DNA from: Octopus sinensis
Lineage: Eukaryota
DNA length: 41,616 bases
Assembly (NCBI RefSeq): GCF_006345805.1
Contig: NW_021835253.1
Span: 1-41,616, forward strand
Direction: 5' to 3'
Positions 1 through 9,830 of this stretch are shown here, one piece after another (within the stretch, counting starts at the first letter, position 1; each line of letters begins with the position of its first letter). The position numbers were made by a program, and so were the translations under genes. The notes under the pieces were generated by a model. It had not been told where the DNA came from and made no database searches. It worked only from the letters and a program-made list of their open reading frames with translations.

Positions 1-599
1 ACTTTCATCTATTTCGTTACTCTACTTTCGTTCGTTACTTACTTTTTTCTTTTTTCTTTCTTTTTTTCATCCTCAAATTCCTCGCCTCCTCCTCCTCATC
101 ATCATCATTATCATCTATTACAATTACTACTGCGGCTGGTCATGCTTCTACTGCTACTACTACTACTACTTCTACTACTACCTCTAATACTACCACTACT
201 TTTATTTTTTAACCCCCTCCTCTAAAATTCTCCTCTCCAAACGATTATCTTTACTTTCCTCTGCTGCCATTTTAGTCCACGTCTTCACCCATCCTTTCAC
301 ATCCCACCTCTTCTACTACCCCTTCCTTCAAGTCGCCCTCTCGCCCATCGTCCGTACGTACGTTAAATGTAGTGAGACAACCGTACCGACAAACAGGCGT
401 ACATAATGTCAGTCTCGCTACTTTTCTTCAGTTATCTTATTCATCACTCTCCTTTCGTTTCATCACAGATGATTCTCCTGTCACCGAGTCAAATTCCATC
501 CTTTTTGTCTCTTATTTTTTCTTGTTCCTGTTTTATTATTCCTAACGTCCTTCTGTCGAACCAACCAGCGATCTATCAATACATCTATCTGTCCGTCAT

Positions 600-860
600 A
601 TCATCCATCTATCTAAACATCCCTTTAACGAACTAACCAACCGTCTATCTACTCGTCCAGCAATCCGTCCATCCAAACATCTAGTTAGATAATCAGTTGG
701 TCACGTAACCAGCCAGCGAAACTACCAACCATTCGTCCTTCTGTCCAACCAATCTAGCCAACCTTCTTGCATTCCATCGAACCATCCATCCAGCCATCCA
801 CTCACCATCCAAGCATCCATGCAATCATCTAACCATCCATCTATATATGCATGTATGTAT
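600..860. repeat. Degenerate (CCAT/CCAA)n microsatellite
   Basis: Recurrent ccat/ccaa tetramers, e.g. accatccatccagccatcca. Confidence 0.75.
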
Positions 861-866
861 CCAAAC

Positions 867-1240
867 AGGCGTGGCTGAATGGTAAGATGTTTGTTTCGCA
901 GTCATATGGTTCCGGGTTCAGTCCCACTGAATGGCATCTTGAGTGTCTTCTACTATAACCTTGGACAGATCAAAGCCTTGTGTGTAGATTTAGTAGACGG
1001 AAACTATAAGAAGCTCATGGTGTATGTGTGTGTATCTTTGAGGGTGTTTGTACGTGTTTGTCCCCCATACCACTTGACAACCGGTGTAGGCGTGTTTACT
1101 TACCTGTAACCCGGCGTTTCGGCTAAAGACACCGATAAAATAAGTCCTGGGGTCGATTCATTCGCCTAAAAATTCTTTTAGGCAGTGCCCCAGCATGGCT
1201 ACAGTCGAATGGCTGAAGTAAATAAATGATAAAAAAAAAA
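867..1240 (+). mobile_element. tRNA-derived SINE, family A (CORE-like central segment)
   Basis: A-box-like TGGCTGAATGG and B-box-like GGTTCAGTCC; collinear with copies at 4828, 15253 and 25733; 3' end ccagcatggctacagtc...aaaa. Confidence 0.85.
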
Positions 1241-1583
1241 ATAAAGACCCATCTCTCTTTTCAGCACCCATCGATCTACGTTTTCTTTCAACCATCCATC
1301 AGTCAATTCGGCCATCATTCTTCAGTCCAACCATCCAGCCATTTATGACTCTGTCGACTTGACCAGCCTATAAACCATTCAAAGATAAACCCACCCATCC
1401 ACCATACAACCAGTCAACCACTCATTCATTCACCTACCTATCCCTTCAACCAGCTTTTCATCCAAACCAATTCTTATTCATTTTCATTCATTTCTTTATT
1501 CATTCATTCACTCTTGCTTTCGTTCATTTTTTACTTTTCTTTCTTAATTTCGTTCTTTCATTTCCCCTCCTCTTTTCCTGCAG

Positions 1584-1802
1584 GTACTTGATAACACCAT
1601 GATGCCAAAGTTTGTCCATTTTCAAGAGAAGTTGTTATTAGTTTAATTTTGAAGTCTTCTTTGGAAAGAAACAATGCAGTTATTAATAAAGAGTTTTGAA
1701 ATAACTGCATGCTTGATTTCACAGCCCTAGCATCACTCCTTCATAGTCAGCCTAAGAACTTTTCAGCTCGCACTTGTTGCACACACAGAGCGAATAAATT
1801 AG
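1584..1802 (+). other. Copy 1 of a local duplicated block starting at a polypyrimidine-CAG (possible acceptor; frame VLDNTMMPKFVHFQEKLLLV*)
   Basis: caggtacttgataacacc recurs at 2002; segment 1678-1802 recurs at about 2797-2900; pyrimidine tract 1530-1583. Confidence 0.5.
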
Positions 1803-2004
1803 ACTGCTCGCGCGCGTGTGTATGTGGAAGGTGGAGAGAGATAGAGAGAGAGAGAAAGAGAAACAGAGCGGCAGAAACAGAGAACATAGTACATGAATAG
1901 AGAGAGATACTAGTACAGACGAAGAGAAATGACACACACAAACAACCATGTCTGCATGAATGTCCTTGAGGTCTAAACCTTTTTTTTTTTTTGTTTTTTG
2001 GCAG

Positions 2005-2900
2005 GTACTTGATAACACCCATTTTCACGAGAAGTCCCTACTCGTTACTTTTGCAGTTTTCTTTGAACAGTCATGCGTCAGTTTACCTAAAAACTAGAAA
2101 AGCACTCGGAGAGCGCAGGCCTCCGCCAAGCAGCTCATTTCTACCCATATACACGCATGCTGAAAATTGCCGAATTTCCCAAACCAGTGCCGACTTTTGT
2201 TTGGGAAACTCGGCAATATAACGTCCTTCGCGGGTTTAAAAAAAATAACACAGCCATATGATTTTTTTTTAAAACCTTTAAAAACAGGAATCATCTGAAG
2301 CAGTTATAATAATACATCAATGACAACAGCAAGCTAGTTTCACAGCGGCGGTGGAGGGATCAAAGCCTGAGATTTTTTAGTCGATCCTAATAGTCAAGGT
2401 TTGTCATGTCATCCTCCGCAGACCTCCGCCGCGCAGTTCATTTTAAGATAGATGCACGAGTAAAATTACTAATAAAGAAACGAAAATAAACTTTGGAAAC
2501 AGCAACGCCACCATAGTGGAAACGATGAACGTGTTTTCAAGGGAGATAATCAAAAAGTGAAACATTGTAATACTTCACGTACAGTAAATAACACATGAAA
2601 AATCCTTCAAGAATCCATAAAAATTCACGAATCACTACCAAAATGTTGTCATCTGTTCCTTGTGCCATTACCAACTTTTTCTGTAAGTTTCATCAAATAT
2701 GATTCTCAACTTTGTGAGTTATTTTGCACACAGACGGACAAATCCACGTCGATGAAAACATAACCTCCTTCCTTGGCGAAGGCAATAAACAACGCAGTTA
2801 TTATTAAGAAATTTTGAAATTACTGTATGCATGATTTCACAGCTCTAGCCTATTAACTTTTCAGCTCACACACGTGCATACACAGAGCGTGCGAATTAGT
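2005..2900 (+). other. Copy 2 of the duplicated block, split by a ~700 bp insertion (frame VLDNTHFHEKSLLVTFAVFFEQSCVSLPKN*)
   Basis: 2005-2070 aligns with 1584-1668; 2789-2900 aligns with 1670-1802; poly-T tract plus CAG at 1980-2004. Confidence 0.55.
2092..2788 (+). mobile_element. Non-autonomous Helentron/HINE-like element
   Basis: 5' aactagaaaagcactcggagagcgcagg; subterminal inverted repeats CCTCCGCCAAG (2120-2130) and CTTGGCGAAGG (2772-2782); 3' aaaacataacctccttccttggcgaaggcaataa end; it cleanly interrupts the duplicated block. Confidence 0.65.
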
Positions 2901-2906
2901 GTGTGT

Positions 2907-3456
2907 AAGGCGGCGAGCTGGCAGAAACGTTAGCACGCCGGGCGAAATGCGTAGCCGTATTTCGTCTGCCGTTGCGTTCTGATTTCAAATTCCGCAGAGG
3001 TCGACTTTGCCTTTCATCCTTTCGGGCGATTAAATAAGTACCAGTTACGTACTGGGGTCGATATAACCGACTTAATCCGCTTGTCCTTGTTTGTTCTCTC
3101 TGTGTTTAGCCCCTTGTGAGCAGTAAAGAAATAGGTATTTCGTCTATCGTTACGTACTAAGTTCAAATTCCGCCGAGGTCGACTTTGCCTTTCATCCTTT
3201 CGGGGTCGATTAAATAAGTACCAGTTACGTACTGGGGTCGATATAACCGACTTAATCCGCTTGTCCTTGTTTGTTCTCTCTGTGTTTAGCCCCTTGTGGG
3301 CAGTGAAGAAACAGGTATTTCGTCTATCGTTACGTACTGAGTTCAAATTCCGCCGAGGTCGACTTTGCCTTTCATCCATTTGCGTACTGAGGTCGATCTA
3401 ATCGACTGGCCTCCTTCCTAGAAATGTTGGGCCTTATGTCTAGAGTAGAAAAGAAT
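2907..3456 (+). mobile_element. tRNA-derived SINE, family B (Deu/Nin-like domain), with ~180 bp body repeated in tandem
   Basis: One head (aaggcggcgagctggcagaa); body restarts gtatttcgtct at 2957, 3135 and 3315; Deu/Nin-like motif gactttgcctttcatcctttcggggtcgattaaataagtaccag. Confidence 0.85.
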
Positions 3457-3459
3457 TTG

Positions 3460-3473
3460 TGCGTGTGTGTGTG

Positions 3474-3525
<52 letters not shown>
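3460..3525. repeat. (GT)n(GA)n compound microsatellite
   Basis: Direct reading. Confidence 0.95.
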
Positions 3526-3528
<3 letters not shown>

Positions 3529-3690
3529 TGAGCAAATCGAAAATCAAAGCACATGTTCATTAGCTTTCTTCGACAGAAGTGGAGTCATCCATAAAGAATT
3601 CGTGCCTCAAAGACAGGCGGTCAGTCAGCTTTTTTTTACTGTGAAGCTCGTGAAAGGTTGCGGAAAAGAGTTGCTTGCGTGTACCACTAA
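3526..3690 (+). pseudogene. Frameshifted mariner transposase fragment (catalytic domain region)
   Basis: Translated pieces SKSKIK / LAFFDRSGVIHKEFVPQRQAVSQ match the mariner SKVKTMLIAFFD..GIVHHEFVP.GQTVN motif. Confidence 0.75.
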
Positions 3691-3814
3691 CAAGGAAAAC
3701 AGATGATGGAAAATGAGGCGCTGCGTTGGAACTATGTTTGAAAGTGGTGAGTTTTTAGCGGGCCTATAGAGATTGTCAGGGTTTATTACTGGGGGAATAA
3801 ACCAGTGTTCGTGT

Positions 3815-4196
<382 letters not shown>

Positions 4197-4210
4197 GACT
4201 AGATAGATAA

Positions 4211-4294
<84 letters not shown>

Positions 4295-4827
4295 ATAGAT
4301 AGAGAGTTGGTAGAATAAATCATTATTTCAACCAGGATACTCTGGGTAGCTGTATTTACAAGATTTTTGTTTTTTTCATTTCAAGATTATATATACATAT
4401 ATATATGCGTAAATGTATTTATGTGCACATACACATATATATATATTTCAATATGTACATGCGCACAAGTAAACTCATGCTCAAATGCACACATGCACAG
4501 AGACGCACACACACCACACACACACACACACTCACGCACATACACACAAATAAACAAACAAACAAAACACACACACAGAGATTAAATCGTGCCGGAGGCA
4601 CCCTTGCCTTTCATCCTCTTGCGATCGATAAAAAAAAAAAAAAACATATCAACCTTGAAACTGGGACAGCGGATTGGTAGAACTGTTCGAGAGTCAAGCA
4701 AGATGCCAGATCTAACAAATCACACCCTTTTGTCTGATACAATGCTCTTTATAAATTGTGGATATTAGATCAAAACTAATTTTGATCTGAATTAACAACT
4801 GTATAATCAGCACCATCATTAGCAAAA

Positions 4828-5359
4828 ATTCTGTGTGGTAAGAAGCTTGTCTCCCAACCACATAGTTCCAAGTTCAGTCCCACTGAGTGGCATCTTGGTC
4901 AAGTGCCTTCTACTACAGCCTCCGCTGGACCAAAGTCTGGTGTGTGGATTTAGTAGACGGAAACTGAAAGAAGCCCATCGCATATATATATATATGTGTG
5001 TGTGTGTGTATGTATGTGTGTGTGTATGTATGTGTGTGTGTGTATGTATGTATGTATATATATATATATATATACACATATATATATATGTATATATATA
5101 TATATTTATGTCTGTATGTATATATATATATATAATGTGTGTATCTTTGTGTCCGTGTTTGTCCCCCCCCCATTGCCTGACAACCGATGTTAATGTATTT
5201 ACGTCCCATGACCTAGGGGTCTAGGCAAAAGCGTACGATAGAATAAGTACTAGTATTACAAAGAATAAATCCTGGGGTCGATTACTTCGACTAAAACCCT
5301 TTAAGGCAGTACTCCAGCATGGCCGCAGTCAAATGACTGAAGCAAGTAAAAGAATTAAA

Positions 5360-5360
<1 letters not shown>
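4828..5360 (+). mobile_element. SINE family A with internal (TG)n/(TA)n expansion
   Basis: Collinear with the 867 and 15253 copies; internal microsatellite at about 4982-5140. Confidence 0.9.
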
Positions 5361-5398
<38 letters not shown>

Positions 5399-5432
5399 GA
5401 AAGAATGGAGTTGAACGACGATTTAACAAAAT

Positions 5433-5529
5433 TCCTTTATTCTCGACATATGTTTCGAAGACTGCATTTTCCTAATTCCGAAGGAATAAAGGGTGCATTA
5501 TGCCGCCTTCTCATCAGGAAAGACAAGGA
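5433..5529 (-). ncRNA. Type I hammerhead ribozyme motif (mirror copy)
   Basis: Reverse complement reads UCCUUGUCUUUC-CUGAUGA-GAAGGC...GUCUUC-GAAA-C-AUAU-G-UC-GAGAAUAAAGGA; core CUGAUGA corresponds to tcatcag at 5511-5517. Confidence 0.8.
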
Positions 5530-5614
5530 ACTTATGTCAGAATCATGACGAACAAAAACTTTTAGATGACTGCCCACACGGAGTCCATAGTGATAATGCA
5601 TTATCACTATGGAC

Positions 5615-5711
5615 TCCTTGTCTTTCCTGATGAGAAGGCGGCATAATGCACCCTTTATTCCTTCGGAATTAGGAATATGCAGTCTTCGAAACATATGTCG
5701 AGAATAAAGGA
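5615..5711 (+). ncRNA. Type I hammerhead ribozyme motif
   Basis: CUGAUGA 5627-5633; stem II GAAGGC 5634-5639 / GUCUUC 5682-5687; GAAA 5688-5691; stem III A-U and C-G around palindromic loop AUAU; GUC cleavage triplet 5697-5699; stem I UUUC/GAGA plus UCCUU/AAGGA. Confidence 0.82.
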
Positions 5712-5947
5712 ATTTTGTTAAATCGTAGTTCAACTCCATTCTTTCATTTATTTATAGTAAAAAAAACACACAAATTTCCACACGAAAGCACGTAGCTTGG
5801 CATGTAGCTTCAACCGTGTTTTCTGACGTGAATGCTACCCGGGTATCGGTTACCGAATTATCCATACTAGGATAATTCATTCAACTACTTATATATATAT
5901 ATATATAATATATATATAATATATATATATATATAAAATATATATTA

Positions 5948-6813
5948 CGTGGTCTGATCAATAAGTATCCGGACTATTGCCGTTGTAACGAAGCTAAAGA
6001 ACGCAGAGTAAAGCTGCTTGGCACATATTGACCTTGAGCACTGCTTTGTATGTGCACTAAATTTTAACGTTTTACCTCACTTACACCGTTTACAGCAGTG
6101 CTTGGATGCTTCGAAGTAACGTGTGTAGCGTGTGTTCGACACATTGACCATGACAGCGAAGGTTGAGCAGATAATCTGCATCAAATTTTGCCAAATGCTT
6201 GGCGGTACCTTCTCAAAGGCGTACGCAATGTTTTCAAGAAGTTTTCATCGTTCTTGATACAATGAAGCTTTTGTGCAACAGAAACCCCGAGTATCATTTT
6301 GGTCAGCTGAAAGCAGTTTTAGCACAAAATTGGAAGATCGTGTCACATCACAAGTCTTCAGTGAACTGAACCATAACTAATCTGTACAACCTCTGATAAT
6401 TCACGGACGGAGATTCGACGAATTCCCCTCACAGCTGCACGAATATATGCGATGTTTTTTTCTCAGTTCTGCTGGCTGCTGGTCTCCCCGAACGTTCATC
6501 ACTATCGACATTTTTTCGGCCATCTTGTAAACCTCTGAATCACTCGTACACTTGTGTGCGGCTCATACGCTCCTCTCCATACATTTTCTGCAACTTTGCG
6601 TAGGCTTCTGAGCAGGTATCACCATGACAACGATCACACGTTACACACTTTATTTCCAAGCACTGCTGTAAACAACCGAAATGACCCAGAACGTGAAGAC
6701 TCAGTGCACATGCACAGCAAATGTCATGGTCAATCTGTACCAAGCGGCTTCACTCTGCGTGCTTTAGCCTCGTTACTATGGCAACAGAACGGATATTTAT
6801 TGATCAGAGATTG
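5948..6813. mobile_element. Mariner-derived element made of two inverted 5' ends
   Basis: ~54 bp terminal inverted repeats with TA at 5946-5947; left half gives MTAKVEQIICIKFCQ (+); right half gives GDTCSEAYAKLQKMYGEERMSRTQVYE...DSDERSGRP (-). Confidence 0.85.
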
Positions 6814-6856
<43 letters not shown>

Positions 6857-6945
6857 ATAATATTAGGGAATAAATCCAATTTACAGGGAAAAATCAGATT
6901 TAGGACTGAATCTAATTTTATAGTAAAATATTATATAATATTAAT

Positions 6946-7140
6946 TAGAGACAAACCACTATTATGCAAATCATAACTTAAAATTGAATAGAAGATCTGA
7001 ATACCACCTGATGAATGTCCTTAGAAGTGACACGAAACAATTGTAGTGGCGAATTTAATTTTATTAAATTTATATAAAATTTTTTATATATTGGATTAAG
7101 TCTTTCTTTGTTTGATTTACATATAGTGGTTTTGTCTCTA
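6946..7140. mobile_element. ~195 bp element with 27 bp imperfect terminal inverted repeats and an internal hammerhead
   Basis: tagagacaaaccactattatgcaaatc (6946-6972) versus gatttacatatagtggttttgtctcta (7114-7140), followed by (TA)n. Confidence 0.6.
7004..7049 (+). ncRNA. Minimal type I hammerhead ribozyme motif
   Basis: Stem I CCAC 7004-7007 / GUGG 7046-7049; CUGAUGA 7008-7014; stem II (A)UGUC/GACA(C) with a basal A.C mismatch; GAAA 7034-7037; C-AAUU-G; GUA triplet 7043-7045. Confidence 0.72.
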
Positions 7141-7142
7141 TA

Positions 7143-7192
<50 letters not shown>

Positions 7193-7261
7193 TCAAGGAT
7201 GAATCTATATAGGATTTTATAAGTAGCTAGCGTGTAAAAACCAATTTAGGTAAAAATGAAT

Positions 7262-7467
7262 ACAAAGTATATAATTTTATAAATATAATTATAAACTTAT
7301 AGTAAGGGCAATTACGAGGTAATGCCAAACGTTAGAAGACGCCAAATGGTTCTAAAATACTTTATCATATATACACAGCGCGTGTGTGTATGTAATAAAG
7401 CGTGTGGCATTACATCGTAATTGCCCTTATAATTTTATAATTGTATCTATAAAACTATATACTTTGT
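7262..7467. repeat. Inverted repeat with ~68 bp arms and ~70 bp spacer
   Basis: acaaagtatata...aagggcaattacgaggtaatgcca (7262-7331) versus tggcattacatcgtaattgccctt...tatatactttgt (7401-7467). Confidence 0.85.
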
Positions 7468-7481
7468 TTGTATATATACAT

Positions 7482-7522
<41 letters not shown>

Positions 7523-7682
7523 ACGGGCTTCTTTCAGTTTTCCTCTACCGTATCCACTCACACACCTTAGTCAGCCCGAGACTATAGTAGAAAACGCTTG
7601 CCCAAGGTGCCACGCATTGCGACTGAACCCGGAACCATGTGGTTGGTAAACAAGTTACTTACCACACAGCTACTCCTGCGCA
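7523..7682 (-). mobile_element. SINE family A, 5' half
   Basis: Reverse complement of the family A head (tgcgcaggagtagctgtgtggtaag...). Confidence 0.85.
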
Positions 7683-7689
7683 TTATACA

Positions 7690-7692
7690 CAC

Positions 7693-7763
<71 letters not shown>

Positions 7764-7772
7764 AATATATAT

Positions 7773-7862
<90 letters not shown>
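7690..7862. repeat. (TA)n microsatellite
   Basis: Direct reading. Confidence 0.95.
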
Positions 7863-7865
<3 letters not shown>

Positions 7866-8019
7866 CAATTTTTTTTTGCCCTTACTTATCAATATATATA
7901 TATATAGTTTACTAGGTAAGATCTACAAAAAATGTACTCTATCTTGTAACAGATAATTCATTTAACGTACGCATTATAAAGATAAGAGCTACTAACAGTT
8001 TCTGGTTTTGGAAGAACCT

Positions 8020-8155
8020 GTCTGTACCAAATCCACTGAAAGGCTTTGATCGACCATAGTAGAAGACACTTTCAGACGGTGCCACGCAGTGGGGCCGAGC
8101 CCGCGACTATGTGGTAGTAAGCAAGTGACTTACCACAAAGCCACTCCTGCGCCTA
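8020..8155 (-). mobile_element. SINE family A, 5' half, diverged
   Basis: cttaccacaaagccactcctgcgcct is the reverse complement of the family A head. Confidence 0.75.
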
Positions 8156-8250
8156 TATACATGTATTTAAAATACATGTATTTAAACATATGATTGATTG
8201 ATTCTAGTTTCAGCTCACGAGCTGTGGCCATGCTGGGGCACATATATATA

Positions 8251-8339
<89 letters not shown>

Positions 8340-8701
8340 AAGTATACACACTCACCACACACACACAAACAAACACATACACATACGCATATACGTGTGT
8401 GCTTGTTGTGAAAAACGGAGGGACGGTATGCATGCATGTGTATGTATGTGTGTGTGTGTGTGTGTGTCTGTCTCTTTGTCTGTCTGTCTGTCTGTATTCG
8501 TATATACGCCTGACTAATAACTGTATAAACTATGTGTATTATAAACACGTTTCTAATATAAAAATATTTTCTATTCAATCATCAAACTTTTGTCATTTCT
8601 CTTTTGTCATCTCCCTCACTCACACACATACACACACACACACTCTTTCCTTCCTCCTCTCTCCTCTCTCTCTCCTTCCCGATCTCTCTCTCTCCCTCCC
8701 G

Positions 8702-8757
<56 letters not shown>

Positions 8758-9064
8758 ATCTCTCTATCTATCTATCTGTCTGTCTGTCTGTCTTTCTCTA
8801 TCTTTCGGTCTCTATATATGTATGTTTATGTAAATATATGCATACAGGTATGGATATGTATACACACACACACACACAAACAAATAGATATATATATATA
8901 TCTTCCACTTCTCTCTTACTCTCTCTTTCTCTTCTCTCTCCTCTCTCTCTCTCTCTCCCTCTGAATGCTAAGACTTTCTCTCATTGTAACTTTCATCTTT
9001 ATATGCTAATTTATAATTCCCTTTTTCATTTTGTTGTTTAATTTATTTCCTACTTCGCATTTAA

Positions 9065-9080
9065 TACATACATACATAGT

Positions 9081-9112
<32 letters not shown>

Positions 9113-9220
9113 TACATATACACATACATACATACACACATACATACATACATACATACTTACATGCATACATACATACATACATACATACACACATACA
9201 TACATACATATACACATACA

Positions 9221-9252
<32 letters not shown>

Positions 9253-9830
9253 CATACATACATACTTTCATACATACATACATACATAAATACATACATA
9301 CTACATACATACATACATACATACATACACACATACAACACATAATACATACATACATACATACATACATACATCCCACACATATACATACATACATACA
9401 TACATACACACACACACATACATACATACATACATACATACATACACACATACATACATACATACATACGTCCTACATACATGCATGCATACATACATAC
9501 ATACTACATACATACATACATACATACACACATACACACATACATAATACATACATTATACATACACAACATACATACATACATACATACGTAATACATA
9601 CATGCATGCATACATACATACATAATACATACACACATACATACATACATACATACATACATACACACATACATACATACGTACATACATACATACATAC
9701 ATATACATACATACACAACATACATACATACATACATACATACATACACACATACATACATACGTACATACATACATACATACATACATACATACATACA
9801 TACATACATACATGTACATATGCATGCACG
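9065..9830. repeat. Long degenerate (CATA)n microsatellite
   Basis: Direct reading; source of the MYVC/HTYI ORFs. Confidence 0.95.

Larger units (their letters stand above)
5397..5747. repeat. Long inverted repeat (two 133 bp arms plus a central 38 bp perfect palindrome); probably Penelope-like/retrozyme-derived
   Basis: 5397-5529 is the reverse complement of 5615-5747 with 2 mismatches seen; ggagtccatagtgataatg|cattatcactatggactcc at 5580-5617. Confidence 0.95.

Noticed and set aside
5333-5739. Mirror ORFs MELN(D/Y)DLTKFLYSRHMF... on both strands
   Set aside because: A by-product of the inverted repeat. They run antisense to the hammerheads and have no recognisable protein similarity.
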